The notes beneath the pieces are model-generated. The model was given only the letters and a program-made list of their open reading frames with translations, was not told the DNA's origin and made no database searches. A program made the translations under genes and the position numbers. A stretch of DNA of 64,000 nucleotides. Origin: an uncultured Gammaproteobacteria bacterium. GTDB lineage: Bacteria > Pseudomonadota > Gammaproteobacteria > UBA9214. Location of the stretch: NCBI GenBank assembly GCA_963748215.1, contig CAVVHS010000002.1, forward strand, positions 219,699 through 283,698. Direction: 5' to 3'. Shown one piece after another: positions 10,467 to 20,493 of the stretch (positions are counted from its first letter, which is position 1; every line of letters begins with the position of its first letter).

Positions 10467-11432
10467 TTACTGGCCGCAGGCGGCGGCGGAGCCGTGCAGG
10501 GCCAGGCTGCCGGTGAGTGCGGCGATGCTGTCCAGCCCGTGGCGGGCGAGGTAGTCGAGGATGCCGGCATTGATGCGGGCGCAGATCAGCGGATCGTAGA
10601 ACAGCGCGGTACCGATGCCGACGGCGCTGGCGCCCGCAATGATGAACTCGATTGCGTCGGCAGCACCGGTGATGCCGCCCTGGCCGATGATCGGGATACC
10701 GTGATTCCTGCACACCTGGTAGACCTGGTGGACCTTGAGCAGCGCGACCGGCTTGATGGCGGGTCCGGACAGGCCGCCCTGATTATTGCCGATCACCGGC
10801 GTGCGGGTTTCGATGTCAATCGCCATGCCCATCAGGGTGTTGATTACGGCGAAGGCGTCGGTGCCGGACTCGATGCAGCGCCGGGCGTTGGCGGCGATAT
10901 CGGTCTGGTTGGGCGAGAGCTTGGTGATGAGCGGCTTGGCGGTGACCGCGCGGCAGGCGGCAACGACGCGCGCCGACATGTCCGGATCGTTGCCGAATGC
11001 CACGCCGCCCTCTTTCACGTTCGGGCAGGAAATGTTGATCTCGATGGCGTCGATCGGTGAGTCGTCGAAGCGACGGGTGACCTCGGCGTATTCTTCCACG
11101 GTGGACCCGGAAACATTGGCGATGAAGCGCGTTTCACTGAAGTCCAGCCCGGGGAGGGTCGTGCGAATGACGTGATCCACGCCCGGATTCTGCAGGCCGA
11201 TGGCATTGAGCATGCCGGCCGGGGTCTCCGCAATCCGGTGCGGTCGGTTGCCGAGACGCGGCTGCAGGGTAGTGCCCTTGAGGCAGACGGCGCCGACGTC
11301 ACGGTTGGAAAAGCCCGTGACGCGTGTGTATTCTTCGCCGAAGCCGACACAGCCGGACAGCAATACCAGCGGCGTCGCAAACGGCATTCCGCAGAAATCG
11401 ACCTTGAGTTTTTGTTTGTCAGCAGCGCTCAT
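10467..11432 (-). CDS. pyrD: Dihydroorotate dehydrogenase, class 1 (cytosolic type)
   Basis: NAIGLQNPG, EINISCPN (catalytic Cys), GGLSGPAIKP motifs. Confidence 0.92.
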   Translation of the reverse strand: MSAADKQKLKVDFCGMPFATPLVLLSGCVGFGEEYTRVTGFSNRDVGAVCLKGTTLQPRLGNRPHRIAETPAGMLNAIGLQNPGVDHVIRTTLPGLDFSETRFIANVSGSTVEEYAEVTRRFDDSPIDAIEINISCPNVKEGGVAFGNDPDMSARVVAACRAVTAKPLITKLSPNQTDIAANARRCIESGTDAFAVINTLMGMAIDIETRTPVIGNNQGGLSGPAIKPVALLKVHQVYQVCRNHGIPIIGQGGITGAADAIEFIIAGASAVGIGTALFYDPLICARINAGILDYLARHGLDSIAALTGSLALHGSAAACGQ

Positions 11433-11460
11433 TTGCTTCAGGGTCTGGCCAGGGTGACTG

Positions 11461-11934
11461 ATGTTTCACGTCGTACTTTACCAGCCGGAGATTCCGCCGA
11501 ATACGGGCAACATCATACGCCTTTGCGCCAACACGGGCAGTACCCTGCACCTGATTCACCCGCTTGGCTTCGAGCTCGACGATCGCAGGCTGCGGCGTGC
11601 CGGGCTGGATTATCGCGAGTTCGCGAGGGTAGCGGAACATGCCACGTTGCAGGACTTTTCCCGGGTCGTGCAGCCGGCCAGTCTGCGCGGCGTCTCGACA
11701 CGCGGGGTGCGCATGTATACGGAGGTCGCCTATCGTCCCGGTGATGCGTTCCTGTTCGGCCCGGAAACGCGCGGCCTGCCGCCCGAAATCCTGGCTGAAC
11801 TCGGCGGGGATGCGGTGTTGCGGGTGCCCATGCTGCCCGGTAGCCGCAGTCTCAACCTGGCCAACACGGTAGCCGTGGTGGTATACGAGGCATGGCGCCA
11901 GCAGGCTTTCAACGGGTCAACGGATTCACTCTGA
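11461..11934 (+). CDS. trmL: tRNA (cytidine/uridine-34) 2'-O-methyltransferase
   Basis: PEIPPNTGNIIRLC, RRAGLDY, FGPETRGLP, RSLNLAN motifs. Confidence 0.96.
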   Translation: MFHVVLYQPEIPPNTGNIIRLCANTGSTLHLIHPLGFELDDRRLRRAGLDYREFARVAEHATLQDFSRVVQPASLRGVSTRGVRMYTEVAYRPGDAFLFGPETRGLPPEILAELGGDAVLRVPMLPGSRSLNLANTVAVVVYEAWRQQAFNGSTDSL

Positions 11935-12927
11935 GCGGATATCTTCGCGTGACAGCAGGTTGTGCAGGGCCTCGCGCGGCGCGAGCCCCTCGTGCAGTAC
12001 CCTGAACACCTGTTCCGAGATCGGCATTTCGACGCGCCAGTTCCGGGCCAGCTGCACGACTTCGCGCGCGGTATTGAAACCCTCGACCACCTGACCGATT
12101 TCACGCACGGCACGATCCAGCGCCTTGCCTTGCCCGAGTGCCAGTCCGAGACGGCGGTTGCGCGACAGGTCATCGGTGCAGGTAAGGATGAGATCGCCCA
12201 GCCCCGAGAGCCCCATCAGTGTTTCGCGCCGCACCCCCATGGCATCGCCGAGCCGGATGATTTCCGCCAGTCCGCGTGTGATCAGGGCGGCGCGGCTGTT
12301 GGCGCCGAGCTGCATGCCGTCGGTGATGCCGGAGGCGATGGCAAGCACGTTCTTGACCGTGCCGCCGAGCTGCACACCCAGCATGTCATCGCTGGTGTAT
12401 ACGCGCATGACATCGCCATGCAGGCGAGCGGCCATGTCATTGGCAAACACCGGGTTGGTGGATGCGACCGTCAGTGCGGTCGGCAATCCCCTGGCAACCT
12501 CGAGGGCAAAGGTCGGTCCTGACAGCACGGCGGCCGGGTATTTCGTTCCCGCCACTTCCTCGAGCACGTCGCTCATGAACTTGCCGCTGCCGTATTCCAG
12601 GCCCTTGGTCGCCCAGGCGATGCGCCGGCGGGCATCGAGCAGCGGCAGCATTCGCTGGAGCACCTCGCGAAAGGCATGACTCGGTACGACGATCAGCAGG
12701 TCGCGCGAGTCACCGATGGCGGCGGCGAGATCGGATTCGATGGACAGCCTGTCAGGGAACTGAATGTCCGGCAGAAATGCGTTGTTCTGGCGCGTCCTGG
12801 CAAGCGTGCGCATGAATTCCGCTTCATGGCCCCACAGGCAGGTCGGGTTGTCGTTGGCTGCCAGTCGAATCGCAAGCGCCGTGCCCCAGGAACCGGCACC
12901 CAGTACGGTTATCGATTCGCGGTTCAT
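11926..12927 (-). CDS. gpsA: NAD(P)H-dependent glycerol-3-phosphate dehydrogenase
   Basis: GAGSWGTALA, SGPTFA, GLSGLGDLILTC, SRN motifs; true start MNRES at 12927. Confidence 0.96.
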   Translation of the reverse strand: MNRESITVLGAGSWGTALAIRLAANDNPTCLWGHEAEFMRTLARTRQNNAFLPDIQFPDRLSIESDLAAAIGDSRDLLIVVPSHAFREVLQRMLPLLDARRRIAWATKGLEYGSGKFMSDVLEEVAGTKYPAAVLSGPTFALEVARGLPTALTVASTNPVFANDMAARLHGDVMRVYTSDDMLGVQLGGTVKNVLAIASGITDGMQLGANSRAALITRGLAEIIRLGDAMGVRRETLMGLSGLGDLILTCTDDLSRNRRLGLALGQGKALDRAVREIGQVVEGFNTAREVVQLARNWRVEMPISEQVFRVLHEGLAPREALHNLLSREDIRSE

Positions 12928-12982
12928 GGTGTCAGTGCCGGTTTGCCGGTACGTCAAAGGTACTATCGTACCGTGCAGTGAA

Positions 12983-13465
12983 TCAGTTGCCGGCCGGTTG
13001 CTGTGCTGCGGCTGCTTCTGCCAGCCGTTCTTGTACAGGGCATCAAAATTCACCGGGGCAAGCAGTAACTGCGGGAAACCGCCCGGGTGACGAGATCGGA
13101 AATAACGAAGGAGGCATAGGGATAAAGATGCGCGGGCAATGAACGTTGAGGATCTCTGTGCATCTGCTCGGCATTCAAACCCGTGTAGAAAATAGATACC
13201 GGCCTGCTGCACCTCGGCGAGATAGGCGTTGGCATCATCGACTTTCATGGTGGCCGTCAGCGACAGTACCACTTCGTAACTGACTGTCCTGCAACTCGGT
13301 GATTTTCTGGCCAAGATCCAGATTGAGATTCGGTTTCCATTCACGGGTGAAAATTTCCGGCGAGTTCGGTGTCTCGAAGGAGATGTCCTTGATGTACACC
13401 TTCTGGGTGTGAATGACAGGATTGTTTTCCTGGTTCCCGGCGGTGTCCTGTGCGTTCTCGGCCAT
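12983..13465 (-). pseudogene. secB: Protein-export chaperone SecB with several frameshifts (probably sequence errors)
   Basis: SecB motifs KVYIKDISFE, YEVVL, EVQQAGI, CPRI, YPYA and GGFPQLLLAPVNFDALY are spread over different frames. Confidence 0.85.
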
Positions 13466-13528
13466 GGCAAGTTTCCTGGTGGGCAGATGGTTGTTTTATT
13501 AACGCCCCGCGACGATCAAGAGGGCTGC

Positions 13529-13954
13529 CTAGTTGCTTTTCGAGAGCGGCAGCTCGGCCTTTTGCCAGCCAAGGATGCCGCCTCTCAGGTTGTATACGGA
13601 CGAGAAGCCCTGCTTGCGCAGCCTGCTGCAGTATCCGTTTGATTGGTTGCCGCTGTTGCAGTAAACAATCACCGGCTTGTCCCGGTATTTATCGAGCGAG
13701 GCCAGGTTGTCCTGTGACGGTATGTGCAGCGCATTGATCACGTGCCCCTCGCGGTACTCCTTGTCGCTGCGCATGTCGACCATGACGGCATTGTCGTGAT
13801 TGAGCATGCGGGTCGCCTCTCCCGGACCGATTTCGCTGACACCGCTCAGTCGCGCCCGCAGCTCACCACCGGCCAGCATGGCGAGAATCGCGAACAGTGC
13901 CATCACCAGAAGCGGGTGGTTGCTGCCGAACTCGATAAGCTGGTTGATATCCAT
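13529..13954 (-). CDS. Membrane-anchored rhodanese-like protein (YibN-like)
   Basis: N-terminal TM segment, VDMR..EY..GH, YCNSGNQS, LRGGILGW motifs. Confidence 0.9.
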   Translation of the reverse strand: MDINQLIEFGSNHPLLVMALFAILAMLAGGELRARLSGVSEIGPGEATRMLNHDNAVMVDMRSDKEYREGHVINALHIPSQDNLASLDKYRDKPVIVYCNSGNQSNGYCSRLRKQGFSSVYNLRGGILGWQKAELPLSKSN

Positions 13955-14041
13955 TGTTTCTCCGTGAACAGGCTTTCACACAGCAGTCCTGGCTGTTGTT
14001 ACTCAGTTGGTTTGCGAGACTGCCGGATCGGCAGTCTCGCT

Positions 14042-14356
14042 TCAGGGGCTGGTGCAAAAAACTTCGCGCATCATGCTGATCAGCCTGAGCGTGCGTGAGT
14101 CCCCCACGCGGTAAAATACGCGGTTGGCATCCTTGCGCGACGCCAGAATGCCCTTGTCGCGGAGGATGGCAAGATGTTGCGAGATGTTGCTCTGCGATGT
14201 GCCAACCCGTTCCACGATATCCTGAACGCTGATCTCCTGATCACCCAGGGTACAGAGTATTTTCAGTCGTAGCGGGTGCGACATCGCCTTGAGCGAACGC
14301 GAAGCCCGGTCTATATCTTCGGCGCGGGTAATCAGTGTTTCATTGCTTGCTGTCAT
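14042..14356 (-). CDS. ArsR-family regulator, SqrR/BigR type
   Basis: LKAMSHPLRLKILC, SQHLAILR motifs; Cys35 and Cys101. Confidence 0.88.
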   Translation of the reverse strand: MTASNETLITRAEDIDRASRSLKAMSHPLRLKILCTLGDQEISVQDIVERVGTSQSNISQHLAILRDKGILASRKDANRVFYRVGDSRTLRLISMMREVFCTSP

Positions 14357-14557
14357 CCAGCAGCCCCTCTGTGTGTGATGCTGTTACTATAGGTTACTGC
14401 ATTCATTACTAAAACATTATACAATAATAAGCCATTCGGGCCATAAGCGGGAAATAAAAATACGCCCGGTACGCCAGGGTTCGCCCGTCCACCCCTGCAC
14501 CCCGGCCGGCAGTGTTGGCCATACAGTGCATGATAATTTAGACTTCCCCCCGACCTT

Positions 14558-16177
14558 ATGAGTGGACAGCAATCACAACACCGGAATCGCCCTGCAAGGC
14601 CCATGGTTTTATTGATCCTGGATGGCTGGGGCTACAGCGAAATCCCGCAGCACAATGCCATCGCCGCCGCCCGCAAGCCGGTCTGGGATGCGCTCTGGAA
14701 GGAATATCCGCACATGCTGATCCGCACCTCGGGTGCCGCGGTCGGCCTGCCAGCCGACCAGATGGGCAACTCCGAGGTCGGCCACCTGAACCTCGGTGCC
14801 GGGCGCGTCGTGTACCAGGAATTCACCCGCGTCAGCCGTGCCATCAAGACCGGTTCGTTCTTCACCAACCTGACCCTGACCGATGCCGTCGACAAGGCCG
14901 TCGAGAGCGACCGGGCGGTGCATATACTCGGCCTGCTGTCCCCGGGCGGTGTACACAGTCACGAAGAACACATCCATGCCATGGTCGAACTCGCCGTACA
15001 GCGCGGCGCGAAAAAGGTCTTCCTGCATGCATTCCTCGACGGTCGCGATACCCCGCCGAACAGCGCCGAGCCGTCCATCCGCGCCATGGAAGACCAGTTC
15101 AGCAAGCTGCAGGGCGGCCGCTTCGCCTCGGTCATCGGCCGCTACTACGCCATGGATCGCGATCATCACTGGCCGCGCATTCAGGCCGCCTACGACCTGA
15201 TTACGCAAGGCAAGGCGGAATTTGTCGCCCCCGATGCGCTGACGGCGCTCGAGCTGGCCTACGCGCGCGGCGAGGGTGACGAGTTCGTCAAGGCCACCGC
15301 GATCGTGCCTGCGGGCACGCAGCCGGTGAGCATCGATGACGGCGATGTCATCGTTTTCATGAATTACCGTTCCGACCGTGCCCGCCAGATCACGCGTCCG
15401 TTCATTGAACCCGATTTCGAGGGTTTCGCGCGCGAGGCGCAACCCAGGCTCGGTGGTTTCGTCAGCCTGACCGAGTACAAGTCGGACTTCAACGTGCACG
15501 TGGCCTACCCGGCCGAACGCCTGAAGAACGTGTTTGGGGAATACATCTCCAGCCACGGCCTGCGCCAGTTGCGCCTGGCGGAAACTGAAAAATACGCCCA
15601 CGTCACGTTTTTCTTCAACGGCGGCGTCGAAGAGCCCTTCGAGGGCGAGGATCGCATCCTGGTAAAATCGCCGATGGTGGCGACCTACGACCTGCAGCCC
15701 GAAATGAATTCCGCCGAGGTCACCGATCACCTGGTGGAAGCGCTGCAAAGCGGTACCTACGACGTGATCATCTGTAATTACGCCAACCCGGACATGGTCG
15801 GCCATTCCGGCAAATTCGACGCGGCGGTCAAGGCCATCGAGGCGGTCGATCGCGCACTGGGGCGCGTGCAGGAGGCCTTGCTGGACAGCGGCGGCGAAAT
15901 GCTGATCACCGCGGATCATGGCAATGCCGAGCAGATGATGGACGAGGAAACCGGCCAGCCGCATACTGCACATACCAGCAACCTGGTGCCGCTGATCTAT
16001 GTCGGGCGGCAGGCCATGATGGCCGAACACGGTGCACTGTCGGATGTGGTACCCAGCATGATGTACCTGATGAACATGGAAATACCGCCGGAAATGACCG
16101 GTACTCCGCTGGTGACCCTGCTCCCGGAAAGCGGCGCGGACGAGGAACCGGCTTCACCCGCCGAAATGCATGGTTGA
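14558..16177 (+). CDS. gpmI: 2,3-bisphosphoglycerate-independent phosphoglycerate mutase
   Basis: [33 protein letters not shown] motifs. Confidence 0.97.
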   Translation: MSGQQSQHRNRPARPMVLLILDGWGYSEIPQHNAIAAARKPVWDALWKEYPHMLIRTSGAAVGLPADQMGNSEVGHLNLGAGRVVYQEFTRVSRAIKTGSFFTNLTLTDAVDKAVESDRAVHILGLLSPGGVHSHEEHIHAMVELAVQRGAKKVFLHAFLDGRDTPPNSAEPSIRAMEDQFSKLQGGRFASVIGRYYAMDRDHHWPRIQAAYDLITQGKAEFVAPDALTALELAYARGEGDEFVKATAIVPAGTQPVSIDDGDVIVFMNYRSDRARQITRPFIEPDFEGFAREAQPRLGGFVSLTEYKSDFNVHVAYPAERLKNVFGEYISSHGLRQLRLAETEKYAHVTFFFNGGVEEPFEGEDRILVKSPMVATYDLQPEMNSAEVTDHLVEALQSGTYDVIICNYANPDMVGHSGKFDAAVKAIEAVDRALGRVQEALLDSGGEMLITADHGNAEQMMDEETGQPHTAHTSNLVPLIYVGRQAMMAEHGALSDVVPSMMYLMNMEIPPEMTGTPLVTLLPESGADEEPASPAEMHG

Positions 16178-17456
16178 ACGCCGGCCCGTCCCCGCGCCGG
16201 TAAATCGACCGTTTTCCTATGGCCTGCGCAAACAGGCAGGCATACCCGCGGTTACCGGCATCCTTCCGCTGCTGCTGGCCGTTGCCCTGCTGGCCGGTGG
16301 TTTGCCGGGCAGCGCTGCAGTCGCTGCGGATACCGGCCAGATCGCGCAGGAAAAGCAAAAACTGCAGCAGCTGCGCGAGCGCATTAACACCCTAAAGGGC
16401 GAACTGAAGTCGGTGCGCGGCCAGCACGATGCACAGCAGGCGGCGCTGGAAAAGACCGACAAGGCAATTGGCCGGATTACGGCGGAATTGCGCCGGCTGG
16501 ACAGGCAGGAAGCGACGGCGCGGCAAGAACTGATCCGGCTCGAGGGTGAGCGTGATACCGTCAGATCCAGGCTCGGCAGGATGCACGCGGCGCTGGCGAG
16601 GGAACTGCAGATGGCCTACAGGAATGGTCGCCAGGAACGCATCAAGCTGCTGCTGAACCAGGACGATCCTGCCCGGGTCGGACGCATGCTGACTTACCAG
16701 GGCTATTTCACGCGTGCGCGCGGCAGGCGCATGGATGAGTTCCGTGCCGTGCTTGACCAGCTGCATGGCGCCGAACAGGTGTTGCTCGAACAGCAGACGG
16801 CGCTGGCCGGGTTGCGTACAGAACAGGAACAGCAGGCGGCGCAACTTGGCACTGAAAAAGCGCGCCAGGCCGCCATTCTTGCGGAGCTGAAACAACGCCT
16901 TGCCAGCGGTTCGTCGGAGCTGGGCACGCTCCAGGCCGACGAGGAGCGTATCAACAAACTTCTGGTTTCCCTCCAACAGGCGTTGCGCGATATCCCGACG
17001 GATGCCGGCCGGCAGCCTCTGGCCAAACTCAAGGGCAAGCTGGAGTGGCCGGTGGCGGGCAAGATCAGCATGCGATTTGGCGCGCAGCAGGCCAGCGGCA
17101 AGATGCGCGCGCGGGGTGTTCACATCACCACCCGTTCCGGTGCCGATGTTCAGGCCATCGCGCGGGGGCGCGTGGTCTTTGCCGACTGGCTACGCGGGTT
17201 CGGCCTGCTGCTGATCCTCGACCATGGCGACGGCTACATGTCACTGTACGGGGAAAACAGTAGTCTTTACAAGGGAGTTGGCGAGTGGGTCGCGCGTGGC
17301 GAAGTCATAGCCGCGGCCGGCAACAGCGGTGGACAGCTACGTACCGGCCTGTATCTGGAATTGCGCAAGGACGGCCAGCCGGTCAATCCCGATGGCTGGT
17401 TCAAGGGGCAGCCACCCGCGCAGCGCGCCGCCCGCGCCGGCACGGGTGGCGGTTGA
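16170..17456 (+). CDS. envC: Murein hydrolase activator EnvC (coiled coil plus degenerate M23 domain)
   Basis: Long coiled coil, [21 protein letters not shown] motifs; start uncertain. Confidence 0.9.
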   Translation: MVERRPVPAPVNRPFSYGLRKQAGIPAVTGILPLLLAVALLAGGLPGSAAVAADTGQIAQEKQKLQQLRERINTLKGELKSVRGQHDAQQAALEKTDKAIGRITAELRRLDRQEATARQELIRLEGERDTVRSRLGRMHAALARELQMAYRNGRQERIKLLLNQDDPARVGRMLTYQGYFTRARGRRMDEFRAVLDQLHGAEQVLLEQQTALAGLRTEQEQQAAQLGTEKARQAAILAELKQRLASGSSELGTLQADEERINKLLVSLQQALRDIPTDAGRQPLAKLKGKLEWPVAGKISMRFGAQQASGKMRARGVHITTRSGADVQAIARGRVVFADWLRGFGLLLILDHGDGYMSLYGENSSLYKGVGEWVARGEVIAAAGNSGGQLRTGLYLELRKDGQPVNPDGWFKGQPPAQRAARAGTGGG

Positions 17457-17643
17457 ATCAAGTCCGATATTACTTGTCATAACTGCGTCGGGCCATGCAT
17501 TGTCGCGCCGATCAAGGAGTTTCCTGTCAAGCCGATACCGCTTCTGGCAACGCTGTGATAATGTTGATAATTCGCGATAACAGCGCAACGGCTTGCAGCA
17601 TCCTGCGGGACACCGCCCGGTTGGCGCACTACGGACACTAGAG

Positions 17644-18984
17644 ATGAAATCCAAACTGAAACCGAATATTCAAAGTTATTTGCTCCTGCTGACCGGCCTG
17701 ATGATAGGTGTCCTGGTTTCGATTGGGCATGGTGTGCTGGCGGAGCGCGAGACCGCCCAGGCGACATTGCCGATCGAGGAGCTGCGCACCTTCAGTGACG
17801 TGTTCGGGCGCATCAAGAATGACTATGTCGTCGATGTCGATGACAAGGAGCTGATCGAGAATGCTATCCGCGGCATGCTGTCGGGCCTCGATCCGCATTC
17901 CTCCTATCTCGATTCGGAACAGTTCAACGAATTGCAGGTCGGCACTACCGGCCAGTTCGGCGGTCTCGGTATCGAGGTCGGCATGGAAGACGGTTTCGTC
18001 AAGGTGATCGCACCTATCGATGATACGCCGGCAGAGCGGGCCGGCATCCAGGCCGGCGACCTCGTTATCCGCCTCGACGACACGCCGGTCAAGGGTATGT
18101 CGCTTAACGATGCGGTAAAGATCATGCGCGGCGAACCGGGCAGCGATATCGTACTGACGATCGTGCGCGAAGGTGCCGACCAGCCGATCAAGATCACCAT
18201 TACGCGCGACATTATCAAGGTGAAAAGCGTCAAGTCACGCATGCTCGTAGACGGCTACGGCTACCTGCGAATTTCACAGTTCCAGTCGAAGAGCGCGAAC
18301 AACATGGTCGATGCGATTAATGCTATGAAGAAAGAGCGCGGTGGCAAGCTGGACGGCCTGGTGCTCGACCTGCGCAATAATCCGGGTGGCGTGCTCAACG
18401 GTGCCGTTGCCGTTTCCGATGCGTTCCTGACCAAGGGCATGATCGTCTACACCGAGGGTCGCATCGCCGACTCCAAGTTGCGCTTCAACGCTACGCCGGA
18501 CGACATACTGGACGGCGCGCCACTTGTGGTGCTGGTCAATCAGGGCTCCGCATCGGCTTCGGAAATCGTCGCGGGCGCATTGCAGGATCACAAGCGCGCC
18601 ATCATCATGGGCGCCAAGACCTTCGGCAAGGGTTCGGTGCAGACTATCCTGCCATTGACCAACGACTCCGCGCTCAAGCTGACCACGGCGCGCTACTACA
18701 CACCGTCGGGGCGCTCTATCCAGGCCGAGGGTATTACCCCGGACATCGTGCTCCAGACGGTACAGGTGTCCGCGGTGGACAAGGACATACAGCCGCTGAC
18801 AGAGGCCAACCTGTCCAAGCATCTCGAGAACGGCAAGTCCGGAAAGGACAAGTCCGACAAGGACAAGAACGGCGATGACAAGTCGAACGGCGATACCAGC
18901 ACCTTGCTGAAAGATGATTACATGCTGTACGAGGCACTCAACCTGCTCAAGGGTCTGGCGATCCTGCAGGCACGCATGAAGTAA
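17644..18984 (+). CDS. ctpA: S41 carboxy-terminal processing protease
   Basis: LDPHS, PDZ GGLGIEV, DLRNNPGG, SASASEI, TFGKGSVQ motifs. Confidence 0.95.
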   Translation: MKSKLKPNIQSYLLLLTGLMIGVLVSIGHGVLAERETAQATLPIEELRTFSDVFGRIKNDYVVDVDDKELIENAIRGMLSGLDPHSSYLDSEQFNELQVGTTGQFGGLGIEVGMEDGFVKVIAPIDDTPAERAGIQAGDLVIRLDDTPVKGMSLNDAVKIMRGEPGSDIVLTIVREGADQPIKITITRDIIKVKSVKSRMLVDGYGYLRISQFQSKSANNMVDAINAMKKERGGKLDGLVLDLRNNPGGVLNGAVAVSDAFLTKGMIVYTEGRIADSKLRFNATPDDILDGAPLVVLVNQGSASASEIVAGALQDHKRAIIMGAKTFGKGSVQTILPLTNDSALKLTTARYYTPSGRSIQAEGITPDIVLQTVQVSAVDKDIQPLTEANLSKHLENGKSGKDKSDKDKNGDDKSNGDTSTLLKDDYMLYEALNLLKGLAILQARMK

Positions 18985-18998
18985 TCCGGGCTGACCGG

Positions 18999-19814
18999 AT
19001 GCAATCCCGACGGTCAGGCTGGCGCATCGTTTGCGCATGCTGTCTGTCCTGCCTGTCCCTGGTTGTCGCGGCCGATTCGCTGGACGATGGCAGTGCGCGC
19101 ATGCTGCCCGCGATTGCACTGATTATCGATGACCTGGGCAACCAGCGTTCTCCCGGGCGGCTGGCGGTGACACTGCCCGGCCCGGTGGCCTGCGCGTTTC
19201 TTCCGAACGGTCCCTTTACCCGCGAGCTGGCAAGTCGTGCCCATGCCGGGCGCAAGGAAGTCATGCTGCACCTGCCCATGCAGGCGCTGGAGAACGAGGC
19301 GCGCAAGGCGGAACCGGGCGAGCTCACACTGGACATGACGCTAGGCCAGTTTCGTGCAACGATCGAACAGGATATCGCCGCGGTGCCGCATGTCAGCGGA
19401 CTCAACAATCACCAGGGCAGCCTGCTGACCCGGCATCCCGGCAACATGGCCTGGCTGATGCAGGCGATCAGCGAGCATGGCAAGCTGTTTTTTGTCGACA
19501 GCCGCACCACCAGCGCCACGGTGGCGCGCCGGCTGGCGCAGGAATACGGCATACCGAACAGCGAGCGCAATGTATTCCTCGATAATGAAGCGGAGCCGGA
19601 AGCGGTGCGCGCGAAGTTTCGTGAGCTGGTGAGACTGGCACGCCGTGACGGCACCGCGTTGGGTATCGGACATCCCTATCCGGCAACCCTCGGAGTGCTG
19701 GTCGAGGAATTGAACAATCTGGGTGACCACGGGGTGCAACTGATCCCGGTGGCGCGCTTGATCGAACTGCAGAACAACAGGCAACTGGTATGGCAAGCGT
19801 CCTCGTCCCGCTAG
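18999..19814 (+). CDS. Divergent polysaccharide deacetylase (YibQ family)
   Basis: IIDDLG, HLPMQ, NNHQGS, FVDSRT, IGHP motifs. Confidence 0.92.
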   Translation: MQSRRSGWRIVCACCLSCLSLVVAADSLDDGSARMLPAIALIIDDLGNQRSPGRLAVTLPGPVACAFLPNGPFTRELASRAHAGRKEVMLHLPMQALENEARKAEPGELTLDMTLGQFRATIEQDIAAVPHVSGLNNHQGSLLTRHPGNMAWLMQAISEHGKLFFVDSRTTSATVARRLAQEYGIPNSERNVFLDNEAEPEAVRAKFRELVRLARRDGTALGIGHPYPATLGVLVEELNNLGDHGVQLIPVARLIELQNNRQLVWQASSSR

Positions 19815-20344
19815 CACAGGGTTGTGAAGAACTGGAAGCCGTGACGGTGATCGATCTGCTGCGGCGTGCCGGCATCACGGTCGACAGCGCCGGCCTGGAC
19901 GGACAGCCGGTACACGCATCACGCGGCACGGTGCTGGTTCCCGATATCACGCTCGACGAGGCACTCTCGCGAGATTACGACATGATCGTGCTGCCGGGCG
20001 GCCTGCCGGGCGCCGACCACCTGAAGGACGATGCCAGGATCATCGAACTCGTCACGCGCATGGCAAGCCAGGACAAGTACACCGCCGCCATCTGTGCCGC
20101 GCCCCGGGTACTTGCAAAGGCTGGCCTGTTGCATGGCCGGCGTGCCACCAGCTTTCCGGGCGCGCTCGACGTCGCGGCCATTCCCGGTATCGACTACAGT
20201 GACCAGCCGGTGGTACGGGATGGCAAGGTCATCACCTCGCGCGGCCCGGGAACCGCCATGGATTTCGCACTCGAACTGATCGAGATCCTGGTCGGCCGGC
20301 AACAGCGTGAAACGGTGGAATCCGCGCTGCAGCGACCGGGCTGA
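19790..20344 (+). CDS. DJ-1/YajL family protein
   Basis: EELEAV, LPGGLPG, AICAAP, TSRGPGTA motifs. Confidence 0.93.
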   Translation: MASVLVPLAQGCEELEAVTVIDLLRRAGITVDSAGLDGQPVHASRGTVLVPDITLDEALSRDYDMIVLPGGLPGADHLKDDARIIELVTRMASQDKYTAAICAAPRVLAKAGLLHGRRATSFPGALDVAAIPGIDYSDQPVVRDGKVITSRGPGTAMDFALELIEILVGRQQRETVESALQRPG

Positions 20345-20493
20345 CAGCCGTACCCTGGTAACGGGAAATCATCGCGCCGGCATGCGCAGCCTCGAAATCA
20401 GCGCGCCGGCTTTCCCGGTGACACCGGGCGACAGCAAGCTGATGTGGCAATAAATCGAAATAATCTGTCCGCTGTGCTGTCACTGGTGACGGG

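Noticed and set aside
11926-13470. 514-aa apparent SecB-GpsA fusion ORF
   Set aside because: It arises from the indels in secB; gpsA has its own start at 12927 and secB's natural stop is at 12983.
18830-18897. GACAAG-rich repeats in ctpA
   Set aside because: An ordinary low-complexity charged linker.
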